Positions 14,062-27,104 of a DNA stretch of 64,000 bases are shown here, one piece after another (within the stretch, counting starts at the first letter, position 1; every line of letters begins with the position of its first letter). Position numbers and translations under genes: made by a program. Source of the DNA: Squalus acanthias (taxonomy: Eukaryota); contig CM059438.1 in NCBI GenBank assembly GCA_030390025.1, positions 62,374,001 to 62,438,000 on the forward strand, written 5' to 3'. The notes under the pieces were generated by a model that saw only the letters and a program-made list of their open reading frames with translations, did not search any database and was not told where the DNA came from.

Positions 14062-15142
14062 CAACAACAACAACTTGTATTTATATAGCGCCTTTAACAT
14101 AGTAAAACGTCCCAAGGCGCTTCACAGGAGTGTTATAAGACAAAAAAAATTGCCACCGAGCCACATAAGAAATTAGGGCAGATGACCAAAAGCTTGGTCA
14201 AAGAGGTAAGTTTTAAGGAGCGTCTTAAAGGAAGAGAGAGAGGTTGAGAGGCGGAGAGGTTTAGGGAGGGACTTCCAGAGCTTAGGGCCTAGGCAGCTGA
14301 AGGCATGGCCACCGTTGGTTGAGCGATTATAATCAGGAATGCTCAAGAGGGCAGAATTTGAGGAGCGCAGAAATCTCTTGAGGGGGGGGGGGGGGGTGGT
14401 TGTGGGGCTGAAGGAGATTACACAGATAGGGAGGGGCGAGGCCATGGAGGAATTTGAAAACAAGGATGAGAATTTTGAAATTGAGGCTTTGCTTAACCGG
14501 GAGCTAATGTAGGTCAGCGAGCAAAGGGGTGATGGGTGAACGGGACTTGGTGCGAGTTAGGACACGGGCAGCCGAGTTTTTAATGACCCAAGTTTACCTA
14601 GGGTAGAATGTGGGAGGCCAGCCAGGAGTGCGTTGGAATAGTCAAGTCTAGAGGTAACAAAGGCATGGATGACGGTTTCAGCAGCAGATGAGCTGAAGCA
14701 GGGGCGGAGACGGGCAATGTTACGGAGGTGGAAATAGGCGGTTTTAGTTGTGCCACGGATATGTGGTTGGAAGCTCATTTCAGGGTCAAATATGGCACCA
14801 AGGTTGCGAACAGTCTGGTTCACCCTCAGACAGATGCTAAGGAGAGGGATGGAGTCGGTGGCTAGGGACAATGGCTTCGGTCTTTCCAATATTTAATTGG
14901 AGAAAATTTCTGCTCATCCAGTACTGGATGCCGGACAAGCAGTCTGACAATTTAGAGACCGTGGAGGGGTCGAGAGAAGTGGTGGTGAGGTAGAGCTGGG
15001 TGTCGTCAGCATAGATGTGGAAACTGACGTGTTTTCAGATGAAAGGGGGCCAAGAATAGATCCTTGGGGGACACCAGAGGTAATGATGCGGGAGCGGGAA
15101 GAAAAGCCATTGCAGGTGATTCTCTGGCTACGATTAGATAGA
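14062..15142 (-). mobile_element. L2 LINE, 5'-truncated, degenerate RT/ORF2
   Basis: GVPQGSILGP, VRNLGAIFD, FVTSRLDYSNALLAGLP and FKTLLKTYLFDQAF across frameshifted ORFs; (TTG)n tail at about 14062-14075. Confidence 0.9.
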
Positions 15143-15477
15143 TATCCCATATCATCACCCACATAACACTCTAGAAAAATAGTGCATTGTGTTTAGTGCT
15201 TTGAGGCACTTCAGCAACTCAATAAGGAGCTATGTAAATATATGTATTTTATTCATGAGTGTTTGGTAAACTAACATTAATGGACATTAACATTAGAGAT
15301 TAAATTTGCCAGTTGCACCCAACAGCCTGTAGCCTCGACAGAGGGAGAGGTTTTCAAGGAATGTTTGTAGGTCTACATTCACATTTCTATCAGTGCAGCC
15401 CAACCCCTTCATATAATGCACATAATGAGTTATGACTATTTTAATTGGACCAACAAGAGTGGCACTGGTACCTCAAG

Positions 15478-16484
15478 ACCTATCCAATTAGTCCCACTCC
15501 CCTTCTCTTTCCCCCTAGCCCTGGAGTTTCCTCCCCTGCAAGTATATATCCAATTCCTTTTTGAAAGTTACTATTGAATCTGCTTCCACCACTCTGTCAA
15601 GCAATGCATTCCAGATCATAATGACTCACTGTGTAAAAAAAAACTGCTCCTCATCTCCCCTCTGGCTCTTTTGCCAATTACCTTAAATCTGTGTCCTCTG
15701 GTTACTTACCCTTCTGCCAGTGGAAACAGTTTCTCCATATTTACTCAATAAAAAGCCTTCATGATTTTGAACGCCTCTATTAAATCTCCCCTTAACCTTC
15801 TCTGCTCTAAGGAGAACAATCCCAGCTTCTCTAGTCTCCCCACATAACTGAAGTCCCTCATCCCTGGTATTCTGGTAAATCTTCCCTGCACCCTCTGCAA
15901 GGTCTTGACATCCTTCCTAAAGTGTGGTGGCCAGAATTGGACACAATACTTCAGTTATGGCCTAACCAGTAATTTATGAAGGTTTAGCATGACTTGCTTG
16001 CTTTTATACTCTATTTCTAAAGCCATGGATCCCATATGCCGCCTTATCAGTTTGTCCTTCAAAGACTTGTGTACGTAAACCCCCCCAGGTCTCACTGTTC
16101 CTGCACCCCCTTTAAAATTGTACCATTTAGTTTATATTGCCTCTCTTCATTCTTCCTTCCAAAATGAATCACTTCATACTTCACTGCGTTAAATTTAATC
16201 TGTCATGTGTCTGTCCATTTCACCAGCCTGTCTATCTCTTCCTGAAGCCTGCTACTATCCTCCTAACCGTTTACTACATTTCCGAGTTTCGTGTCATCTG
16301 CAAACTTTGAAATTATGCCCTGTATACCCAAGTCTAGGTCATTAATATATATCAAAAGGAGCAGTGGTCCCAACACTGACCCCTGGGGAACACCACTGTA
16401 AACTTCCCTCCAGTCTGTAAACAACCGTTCATCACTACTCTCTGCTTTCTGTCCCTTAGCCAATTTTGTATCCACATTTGTGCC
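15478..16484 (-). mobile_element. CR1 LINE 3' portion, degenerate RT
   Basis: [30 protein letters not shown] (ORF 16263-16511) followed by the CR1 C-terminal region. Confidence 0.9.
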
Positions 16485-16489
16485 AAGAT

Positions 16490-16679
16490 AACAAAAAGAA
16501 AAACACTGCAAATACTGGAAATCTGATTTAAAAGCAAAAAATACTGGAAACCATCAGCAGGCCAGGCAGCATCTGTGGAGACAGGAAGGTAGGGTTAATG
16601 TCTCAGGTTTTTGACCCTTCCTGACTCCACAGATGCTGCCTGACCTGCTCAGCGTTTCCAGCATTTTCTGTTTTTATTG
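16490..16679. mobile_element. Short fold-back element made of two inverted PLE termini
   Basis: ctggaaa..cagcaggccaggcagcatctgtggag at about 16543-16580 is inverted at about 16625-16678 (ctccacagatgctgcctgacctgct..tttccagcattttctg). Confidence 0.7.
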
Positions 16680-17254
16680 CTTCAATGTAAAATTGATTCC
16701 TTCAGAGGAAGGTGAAGAAGAGAATAATAATAGTTGTGTTGAATATAATTTCTCTCGAAAACTTAAACTATTGGAAAATTTAGCCGTTCTATCTTAATCT
16801 ACAAACCTTGACCAATTGAAGAGGGAAATCTTGCAGTGTGCCGCCATTAGAATTAGCTTTGCTTCCCATTTGTTTGGTGGATCTTTGTGCTGTCAGTGCA
16901 AGGGACTGTTCCACCTGTGAGACAGTATTAGCAGAAAACACTACAGGTCAGTACAGAATTGATTAGACTCCGAATAAGGCTCTTTCTACACAGCTGCAAC
17001 AGTGCCCTCTAACCCTGAAAGTGAGGTTAGTACTGCCCAAACTGATTCAATTTGGGGCCTTTATAGCCAGCAGAGATGAGGCATTCATCCTATTATTCCA
17101 GATAAAAAGAAAAGCTGGATATCTGAATTAAAAATTAAATGTTGGAAATACGTGACAGGCCAGTCATCATCTGAAAGAACACACCCGCCAACTCAATAGA
17201 CTGATCAAGACCTTCGATCCAAAGCATCCTACGCGCTCTCATCCCACGTAGACT

Positions 17255-18830
17255 TCTACTGCCTCCCAAAGATACACAAAGCCAACACACCCGGACGTCC
17301 TATCGTATCAGGCAACGGAACCCTGTGTGAGAACCTCTCTGGATACGTCGAGGGCATCCTGAAACCCATCGTACAGGGAACCCCCAGCTTCTGTCGCGAC
17401 ACCACAGACTTCTTACAGAAACTCAGCACCCATGGACCAGTTGAACCAGGAACACTCCTCACCACGATGGACGTATCGACACTCTACACCAGTATCCCCC
17501 ACGATGACGGCATCACTGCGACAGCCTCAGTACTCAACACCAACAACAGCCAATCTCCAGACGCCATCCTACAACTCATCCGCTTCATCCTTGACCACAA
17601 TGTCTTCACCTTCGACAACCAGTTTTTTACCCAAACACACGGAACAGCCATGGGGACCAAATTCGCACCCCAATACGCCAACATCTTCATGCACAGGTTC
17701 GAGCAAGACTTCTTCGCTGCAAAGGACCTCCAACCAATGCTGTACACCAGGTACATCGACGACATTTTCTTCCTTTGGACCCACGGCGAAGGATCACTGA
17801 AAAGACTACACGATAACATCAACAAGTTCCATCCCACCATCAAACTCACCATGGACTACTCCTCAATCGGTTTCATTCCTGGAAACACGAATCTCCATCA
17901 AAGACGGACACCTCAGCACTTCACTCTACCGCAAGCCCACGGACAACCTCACGATGCTCCACTTCTCCAGCTTCCACCCTAGCCACGTTAAAGAAGCCAT
18001 CCCCTATGGACAAGCCCTGCAAATACACAGGATCTGCTCAGATGAGGGGGAACGCGATGGACACCTACGGATGCTGAAAGGCGCCCTCGTAAGAACGGGA
18101 TATGACGCTCGACTCATCGATCGACAGTTCCGACGGGCCACAGCGAAAAATCGCATAGACCTCCTCAGAAGGCGAACACGGGACACAACCAACAGGGTAC
18201 CCAACGTCGTCCAGTACTTCCCCGGAGCAGAGAAACTACGCCATGTTCTTCACAGCCTTCAACATGTCATCGATGACGACGAACACCTCGCTAAGGCCAT
18301 CCCCACGCCTCCACTACTCACCTTCAAACAGCCGCCTAACTTCAAAAGTACCATCGTTCGCAGCTTGATTACCCAGCTTTCAAGAGAACAGCGACCACGA
18401 CAACACACAACCCTGCCACGGCAACCTCTGCAAGACATGCCAGATCATCAACACAAATACCATCATCACACGTGAGGACACTACCCACCAGGTACATGGT
18501 ACATACTCATGTGACTCGGCCAACGTTGTCTACCTCATACGTTGCAGGAAAGGATGCACCGGAGCATGGTACATCGGCGAGACCATGCAGACACTGAGAC
18601 AACGTATGAACGGACACCGCGTAACAATCGCCAGGCAGGATTGTTACCTCCCAGTCGGGGAACACTTCAGCAGTCAAGGACATTCAGCCTCGGATCTGCG
18701 GGTAAGCGTTCTCCAAGGCGGCCTTTGAGACACATGACAAAGCAAAATCATCGAACAGAAACTGATAGCCAAGTTCCGCACCCATGAGGACGGCCTCAAC
18801 TGGGATCTTGGGTTCATGTCACGCTACATG
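17255..18830 (+). pseudogene. Frameshifted PLE reverse transcriptase/GIY-YIG endonuclease ORF
   Basis: FYCLPKIHK..PGRPIVS, MDVSTLYTSI, QTHGTAMG, YTRYIDDIF, then VYLIRC..C..WYIGET..LRQRMNGH. Frameshifts near 17870 and 18365. Confidence 0.9.
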
Positions 18831-19140
18831 ACGTAGAGTCATCCAGACTCGAGTCGTCGTTGGCTTGTTCACTGATGTGATTTCCATTTTTAAAAATAAG
18901 TAAAAAATTTTAAAGTTTATACAGACTGCATTTGACACATTAGACCCCCTGTGACCCCACCTCATTGTCTTAGCTGTATCTTACTATGTCTTTGATATAA
19001 TGCCTTCCTGACCTGATTGTTTCTCTGCCAAGGTGTGATAAAAGGCAGTCAGAAAGATTAACTGTAGTCGTCTGACATTGTACGCTAAACAGGCATTGTT
19101 CTCTGTCTATATATGCTTTGCCGATTCGTATTCCTTCACT

Positions 19141-19178
19141 TCACCTGACGAAGGAGCAGCAGCTCCGAAAGCTTGTGA
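19141..19178 (+). ncRNA. Minimal type I hammerhead ribozyme motif (PLE-associated)
   Basis: TCAC-CTGACGA-A-GGAGC-agca-GCTCC-GAAA-GC-TT-GTGA: helix I, CUGANGA core, helix II, GAAA, and palindromic AGCT in place of helix III. Confidence 0.75.
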
Positions 19179-19404
19179 TTTCAAATAAATCTGTTGGACT
19201 ATATCCTGGTGTTGTGCGACTTCTCACTTTTGTCCACCCCAGTCCAACACCGGCATCGCCGCATCATGAAAGAGAAGAAATAGGGTTAAAGTTTTTTTGA
19301 GGAATCCTTCATCAGAACTGGGCTGGATTCTGTGGCGTGCCCAAGAAATGGAAGGACAGTGCTCTTAACCCTTGTCACTTGTTTGTTTTCTAGTAAGTTG
19401 TGTC

Positions 19405-19905
19405 AGACTTGGCTCAGTGGTAGCACTCTCACCCCTGAGTCAGAAGGTTGTGGGTTCAAGCCCTACTCCAGAGACATGAGCACAAAATCTAGGCTGACAT
19501 TTCAGTGCAGTGCTGAGGGAGCGCTGTACCATTAGAGGTGCCGTCTTTTGGATGAGGTATTAAACTGAGGACCCATCTGCCCACTCAGGTGGACGTAAAA
19601 GATTCAATGGCACTTTTCAAAGAAGCGCAGGGACATCTGGTGTCCTGGCCAACATTTATCCCTCAACCAATGCTACTAAAAGTAGATTATCTGGTCCTTG
19701 ATGTATGCAAATTGGCATACATTTCCTTACATTATAACAGTGACTGGCTGTTGGAGAAGCCAGTATTGTCCAGTGTCTGATTAAGTACAGGCGGTACAAG
19801 GGGATATTGTACAAACTGCAATACCTTATTTATTGTACATTGTGAAGTGCTTTGGGATGTCCTGAGGTCATGAAAGGTGCTATGTAATTGAAAGTTCTTC
19901 TTTCT
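19405..19905 (+). mobile_element. Deu-domain SINE (SacSINE1-like) with L2-type tail
   Basis: A/B boxes TGGCTCAGTGG / GGTTCAAGCC, Deu-like core ggacgtaaaagattcaatggcact..ggtgtcctggcc, and tail gaaaggtgctatgtaa. Confidence 0.75.
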
Positions 19906-20634
19906 ATGTTAGAAGTAGAGAAATATCGGCGAAGTAAATTACCTGATTTAGTCCAAAAATATTTGAGAGCGCAAGGTTTGTGGGTCCATTGCTCTTAATA
20001 TCTGTTAGTTACTGTAGCTGGTGATATATTACCCTTTAATATTCATATGCAGCCTTCGGAGTAATAAAGGAAAGCGAGTGAAGTTGTCACAGTCGAGTTG
20101 GAGTGGTTGCCTAATATCTGCACTAGTGGGATACTCCTGCAATAGTTAATCACAGGAATTTGAGTAAAGCCTGTTGAAATTTATTTTCACTCCATTTTTT
20201 CAACCAGTTCCCTGGTCTACTTGTGCCACATGAATAACACACTGAATGAGCTACTAGAAGGGGATTGAATTAGTGGGAGCGAGAGAATTTTTTTCCCTCT
20301 ACTTTCCCCCGCCCCAGCCCACCTTTGCTTATTTTGGCAGAGTGCCAGATCTCTCTACTCAGTGTCTCAACCAGTTTGAGATTGCAGCAGACTGTGGGAA
20401 TGAATGCATCCCTTAATGTCACAGTGCCATGTGTTGCTGCTTCAATGTATGTGCCACCTAATTAAAGGGTATGAAACTTAATGAAAATACAGTGTACAGT
20501 GAAAACAGAAAATGCTGCAAATGTACAGTGAACCTTGGGTGTAACACTTCAGCAGAACATTTCATGTGATTTACATGTGAGACATTAACCTGCCTCAACT
20601 CTTTTTTTTAAATGGTGACCAATCTCCTGTGTAA

Positions 20635-20990
20635 TTAGAATCTTACAGCACAGGAAGCCCATTGCGCCCGTGCCATCCATTTGAAAGAGCTATCCAATTA
20701 GCCCTACTCTTCCACACTTTCCCCATAGCCTTGCAATTTTTTCCTTTTCCAGTATATATCCAGTTACCTTTTTAAAAGTTACAGTTGAATCTGCTTCCAT
20801 CACCCTTTGAGACAGCGTATTCCAGATCATCATAACTCGCTGTGTAAAAATTTCTCTTCATCTCCCCTCTTTTTGCCAATTATCTGAAATCTGTATCCTC
20901 TGATTACTGACCCTCCTGCCAGTGGAAACAGTTTTTCCTTATTTACGATCTCAAAACCCTTTATCATTTTGAAAACCTTTATTAAATCTG
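20635..20990 (-). mobile_element. CR1 LINE 3' fragment
   Basis: Collinear with 15478-15790 and with the reverse complement of 58720-59072. Confidence 0.8.
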
Positions 20991-21767
20991 GCACTTTCTC
21001 ACTTTATTTCACTCGTGTAGTTTAGATAGGTTACAAATGTGTTAATGAAATTTCTCAGATAGTGTGCTACACAGTACACAGATTGTATAGAAAGTAAACA
21101 TGATCGTATACTTGAGAGCACCAGCGTAAACTGTGCTGGGGTTGGAAGGTCGAGTGATTGCGAGGACAGCCTGTTTGGGCGTTGGACAGACCAGTATTGT
21201 CGAGTGTCTGATAAACACAGGAGGCACAAGGGAATGACGCATGTCTCCTGTACAAACTGCAATAGCTTGTATTACTGTACATCACATGTTACATGTGCCT
21301 TCTACACTGTTCTGTAACTTCACAATAAGAAACAAGTTTGAACAGGAACAGAGCCCTTCATACAGTACAGTACTAAAGGGATGATGACAGATGATACTGA
21401 AGATGCAATAAACAGGTTTTTTTGTCCATTGTTGACTTTTATAAAATGTTCAAAAGTTGCAAGTTTGCTGTACTGATTTTCACCTCTTTCTATCCCATCA
21501 GCTGGAACCTGCCCCAGAAAACAGGACTGCACACTTCAACGACGGAAATCTTGCACACCTGGATTGGATAGCTGTGGGTCATGTCTCCCTCCGTTTGTTG
21601 AAGACGAGAAAGGAAATTGTGTACAGTACGGTATGTAATGGAAAAAGTTTGAGTTCTGTCTTTGTTAGGGTCCTTTGAATCTACCCTGAGCAAAAGGTTC
21701 ACAGGCCCGTGGAAAGGATGTTTATATTATATGTGTGTTTTTCCTTTGCCTTTGCTCTATTTCAGTA

Positions 21768-21949
21768 TACCACGAGCGGGGCACTGCACATGGCGATGAC
21801 ATCATCGTCGGAGGCGCAGCGCCGCGGGGCACTACCGGCTACTGCCACCGCTAACCTCCTGCTGAATTTTGCGGGAGCTGTTAGCGGTCCCGCGCCCGGT
21901 GTTAGTTGCTTTGCGCCCCGTTAGCGCCAAGCAACCGAATTTTGCCCCC
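21768..21949. mobile_element. One end of a GC/CpG-rich MITE (Harbinger-type)
   Basis: Abrupt CpG-rich block ending GAATTTTGCCCCC. The partner TIR was not found. Confidence 0.4.
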
Positions 21950-22689
21950 TAGACTTTTAAAGGAAAATATGCAACTCTAGTGTAATGCTTGTTTTTTCAA
22001 ACGATATCCCAGTAAGAAAATGCAGATAGAATGTGCCTTTTTTTTCCAGAATTGCTTCTGGAACTTTGTTTGCTTCGCTAGATATATTAAAACGTGGGTG
22101 TTAAAAGGACTACTGCTAAGATGGTGACTCAGGTGGTGCTAAACTGTACTGCAATGCAACACTCACATTTTGGCCTTGTATCACCTGTTGTCTGCGTGGG
22201 TGGAAAAATCGAATTCTTTCCTCGGTGAGGTGTGTCTGTTTGCTGTATAATTTGTCTGGAGCTTTCAGCACTAATCTTGCTGCACAATTCATTATGTTCC
22301 TGGACTTCTCAAACCCATTCTGAATGTGAATGGAATTTAGTTACTTGGCCATCGTACAGCACAGTTTGTGCTTTTACCCCTGTACTGGTGCAAAGCAACA
22401 ATGATATACTAGTCAGGATACAAGTCCCTAAAAAAAAAAAGCACCTCCCATCCATTCTTTAGTTACAGGTGATCTCTGTGGTGCTCAGAGACAAAAAAAA
22501 TGTTTTTTTTAATTGTTTATTTCAGTAAGTGTTTCTCTGCCTGTCTTGTATTCTTTAATTAATTCTGTCTCTGTCTTTCTATTTTCCTCCATTATTTTTC
22601 TGTTTCTCTTTATGTTCCTCTTTACTGTCACTCTGTTTGCCCCTCCCCTTTACCTCTCCATTCCCCCTTCAATATACCGCCTCACTCCC

Positions 22690-24929
22690 AGGCTCCCCCC
22701 GACCTTCCCCTCCCCAACACCCCCATCTCTCTCCCCGACTCCCCATCTCTCTCCCCGACTCCCCATCTCTCTCCCCGACTCCCCATCTCTCTCCCCGACT
22801 CCCCATCTCTCTCCCGACTCCCCCGCTCTCTCTCCCCTCGACCCCCCCGCTCTCTCTCCCCTCGACCCCCCCGCTCTCTCTTTCGACCCCCCCCCGCGCT
22901 CTCTCTCGACCCCCCCCCCCGCGCTCTCTCTTCCCTCAACCCCCCCCCGCCGTGCTCTCTCTCCCCTCGACCCCCCGCCCTCTCTCTCTCCTCCCTGATG
23001 ACCCCCCCCTGCTCTCTCCCCTCCTCGACCCCCCCCCCCCCCCCCGCCCACCCCGCTCTCTCTCCTCCTCGACCCCCCCCCCCCCGGTTCTCTCTCCCCC
23101 TCGACCCCGCCCCGCTCTTCCTCCCCTCGCTCCCTGACGACCCCCCCGCCCTCTCCCCCCGACGACCCCCCCCCCGCCCTCTCTCCCCGTCGACCCCCCC
23201 CGCCCACTCTCCCCGACGACCCCCGCTCTCTCTCCCCGACGACCCCCGCCCACTCTCCCCGACGACCCCACCGCCCACTCTCCCCGACGACCCCCGCTCT
23301 CTCTCTCCCCGACGACCCCCCCGCCCACTCTCCCCGTCGACCTCCCCGCCCACTCTCCCCGACGACCCCCCCGCCCACTCTCCCCGACGACCCCCCCGCT
23401 CTCTCTCTCCCCGACGACCCCCCCGCCCACTCTCCCCGATGACCCCCGCCCACTCTCCCCGTCGACCCCCCCGCCCACTCTCCCCGACGACCCCCCCCGC
23501 CCACTCTCCCCGTCGACCCCCCCGCCCACTCTCCCCGACGACCCCCCCGCCCACTCTCCCCGTCGACCCCCCCGCCCACTCTCCCCGACGACCCCCGCTC
23601 TCTCTCTCCCCGACGACCCCCCCGCCCACTCTCCCCGACGACCCCCCCGCTCTCTCTCTCCCCGACGACCCCCGCGCTCTCTCTCCCCGACGACCCCCCC
23701 GCTCTCTCTCCCCGACGACCCCCCCGCCCACTCTCCCCGACGACCCCCCCGCTCTCTCTCTCCCCGACGACCCCCCCGCCCACTCTCCCCGACGACCCCC
23801 CCGCCCACTCTCCCCGACGACCCCCCCGCCCACTCTCCCCGACGACCCCCCCGCTCTCTCTCTCCCCGACGACCCCCGCGCTCTCTCTCTCCCCGACGAC
23901 CCCCCCGCTCTCTCTCCCCGACGACCCCCCCGCCCACTCTCCCCGACGACCCCCGCGCTCTCTGTCCCCGACGACCCCCCCGCTCTCTCTCCCCGACGAC
24001 CCCCCCGCTCTCTCTCCCCGACGACCCCCCCGCTCTCTCTCCCCGACGACCCCCGCGCTCTCTGTCCCCGACGACCCCCCCGCTCTCTCTCCCCGACGAC
24101 CCCCGCGCTCTCTGTCCCCGACGACCCCCCCGCTCTCTCTCCCCGACGACCCCCCCGCCCACTCTCCCCGACGACCCCCCCGCTCTCTCTCTCCCCGACG
24201 ACCCCCCCGCCCACTCTCCCCGACGACCCCCCCGCCCACTCTCCCCGACGACCCCCCCGCTCTCTCTCTCCCCGACGACCCCCGCGCTCTCTCTCTCCCC
24301 GACGACCCCCCCGCTCTCTCTCCCCGACGACCCCCCCGCCCACTCTCCCCGACGACCCCCGCGCTCTCTGTCCCCGACGACCCCCCCGCTCTCTCTCCCC
24401 GACGACCCCCCCGCTCTCTCTCCCCGACGACCCCCCCGCCCACTCTCCCCGACGACCCCCCGCTCTCTCTCCCCGACGACCCCCCGCTCTCTCTCCCCGA
24501 CGACCCCCCCGCTCTCTCTCCCCGACGACCCCCCCGCTCTCTCTCCCCGACGACCCCCGCGCTCTCTGTCCCGACGACCCCCCCGCTCTCTCTCCCCGAC
24601 GACCCCCGCGCTCTCTGTCCCCGACGACCCCCCCGCTCTCTCTCCCCGACGACCCCCGCGCTCTCTGTCCCCGACGACCCCCCCGCTCTCTCTCCCCGAC
24701 GACCCCCCCGCCCACTCTCTCCGACGACCCCCCCGCTCTCTCTCTCCCCGACGACCCCCGCGCTCTCTGTCCCCCGCGCTCTCTGTCCCCGACCCCCCCC
24801 CCCCTCTTGCTCGCCTCGACCCCCCTCTCTTTCTCTCCCCCTGACCCCCTGCCCTCTCTTTCTCTCCCTCTCTCTCTCTCTCCCTGACCCACTCTCTCTC
24901 CCTCTCTCTCTCTCTCCACCCCCCCTTCC

Positions 24930-24975
<46 letters not shown>

Positions 24976-25001
24976 CCTCTTTCTTTCTCTCTCTCTCTCA
25001 T
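22690..25001. repeat. C-rich compound minisatellite (~25-27 bp units) ending in (CT)n
   Basis: Units CCCGCCCACTCTCCCCGACGACCCC, CCCGCTCTCTCTCCCCGACGACCCC and CCCGCGCTCTCTGTCCCCGACGAC. Preceded by a 20-bp unit CCCCATCTCTCTCCCCGACT (about 22721-22820). Confidence 0.97.
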
Positions 25002-26482
25002 CTTATTGGCTTTACGGGAGGGAATGAGAGTTGGATGATGGAGAAAATGGCTTGAGCACGGTGGAATTGAGGAGGTTGAAACTTGAGTTTGGTCTTTAGC
25101 ATGGACAGTATGGAGGTTGGGGATGAGTAGCAGTGAGTGGGGAGGTCAGGTGCATGAGAATTGGATCTCGGTAACACCATGAGGTATAATCATTAATGTT
25201 CACAAGTGGCACAAGCAAATCCAATCTGCTGGACTTGGTGAAGAAATCTTAATTTATATAGATACTAAATGAATCTATGAATTATGGCAATATTCTAAAT
25301 TGTTAAGTGAACAAAATATATGTATCAACAAAAAATAGAGATTTTGGGGGGTGGTGTCTATGTTGTCTGGTTGATTCTTCGAAGCAGTTTCAGGGTAGGA
25401 AGGTAGTATAAATGGAGTGCTGCTCTTCACTGAGTCAAGAATCCAGGGAAGCTGGTTCATGTCCAGTGGAAATTTCTGTCAGCTCCCGGAGTCACCGGCG
25501 ATTGTCGAACTGATCCTAAGTTAATAAAAATAGATTCACTTGGAACCAAGCTGCTCTTCCATCGGGCTATTTAAACTAATCAGCTGCTCCATGCAAATCC
25601 CCTGATCGCTTTCATTCCTTGTCAGTAACACAGGCAATGATGACAGCACTGTGATACCCTGAATAACCAGCTTTATGTAGCACAGACCTCTGGCATACTG
25701 GGACAAATTGCATGTTATGGTGCATTGACTGTAATTGTGGAAAATATCTGTTTTGGTTACAGCTGTTCAATTATTTACTTCAGTTAAAGAATGGTGTGTG
25801 ATGAATTGGAGAACGGTGATTGAAGTTTCAAGGTACAATTAGGAAAATATAATAGATTTGTTCAGTTCAATATGAGACAGATGTCATCCCCTGTAACTCT
25901 GAAATTACATTGTTAATATATAACATAGTCGAGCATGATTGTTCTGCAACAATGCTAAGCAACAGCAGAGAATGTGGAAGTATTACAGCCAACCCTGATC
26001 ATGTCACCATCCAGCATCTATGCATTGACTTTTTTCATCGGGGATCACTGGATATTGATTAGCAGTGAGAGCCCGGGTTGATTTTATTTTTCCGCGCTTG
26101 AGGCTGGGGATACTAAGACCAATTGCAGTTTCCTCATTATTGCCTACTGTTAAGATCAGCTAGGGATCACTGCTGTATCCTGCGCAGCATTTACATCTTT
26201 AATTGGCTGTTTAGAATTTGTTTTCCCAATCATGTCTTCCCTTTATGGCCTAATGGTGCTCCCCGAGTGGACCTTATCTCCTACAGTCCAGAAGTCTTGG
26301 GCATATTTGCACAAGTGCACAGTTGAGACATGGAGAATTTTCCCACTTGCATAGTGGATTTAATGTTGTCTCTTGTGCTACTACACAACCCTTGATATGG
26401 AGTATATAACCATACAGAAGCAATGAATATCCTTCTTGACAATTACATTGGAACAAAAATCTGCCAATAATAAAAATCTATA

Positions 26483-27098
26483 GTTTTTTTTATTTGTTCA
26501 TGGGATGTGGGCGTCACTGGCAAGACCAGCATTTATTGCCCATCCCTAATTGCCCTTGAGAAGGTGATGGTGAGCCGTCGCCTTGAACTGCTGCAGTCCA
26601 TGTGGTGAAGTTACTTCCATAGTGCTGTCTGTTGCCTCGGCCCTAAGCTCTGGAATTCCCTGCCTAAACCTGTCCGCCTCACTACCTCTCTCCTCCTTTA
26701 AGACGCTCCTTAAAACCTACCTCTTTGACCAAGCTTTTGGTCATCTGCCCTAATTTATCCTTGTGTGGATTGGTGTCAAATTTTTTGTCTTAAAATACTC
26801 CTGTGCAGCGCCTTTGGACATTTTACTACGTTAAAGGCGCTATATAAATACAAGTTGTTGTTGTTGTTAAGGAGGGGGTTCGAGGATTTTGACCCAGCAA
26901 CGATGAAGGAATGGCGATATATTTCCAAGACAGGATGGTGTGTGACTTGGAGGGGAACTTGGAGGTGGTGGTGGTCCCATGCGCCTGCTGCCCTTGTCCT
27001 TCTAGGTGGTAGAGGTCGTCGGTTTGGCAATTTGCTGCAGTGCATCTTGTAGATTGTACACACTGCAGCCATGGTGCGCCGGTGGTGGAGGGAATGAA
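26483..27098 (-). mobile_element. 3' end of the second CR1-like LINE family, interrupted by L2
   Basis: Reverse complement of about 29275-29670 (ccttctcaagggcaatta..atgggcaataaatgctgg tail). Confidence 0.85.
26628..26867 (+). mobile_element. L2 LINE 3' tail nested in a LINE
   Basis: ggccctaagctctggaattccct..ttaaaacctacctctttgaccaagc..aaggcgctatataaatacaag(ttg)n. Confidence 0.85.
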
Positions 27099-27104
27099 TT
27101 ACTT

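Larger units (their letters stand above)
17179..19266 (+). mobile_element. Penelope-like element (RT + GIY-YIG), 5'-truncated
   Basis: RT and GIY-YIG remnants plus a terminal repeat with a hammerhead at 19141. Flanked by TGAAAGA repeats (17172-17178, 19267-19273) inside another PLE-terminus fragment. Confidence 0.9.

Noticed and set aside
18828..18866. Third hammerhead variant (gacgtagagtcatccagactcgagtcgtc)
   Set aside because: A helix II-like stem is present, but the CUGANGA and GAAA core positions are disrupted.
22721..24800. CRISPR-like regular repeats
   Set aside because: There are no unique spacers and no cas genes; this is a eukaryotic tandem repeat.
22513..25001. Long ORFs of 408-783 aa on both strands
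   Set aside because: They are translations of the stop-free minisatellite, open in many frames, with no domain content.
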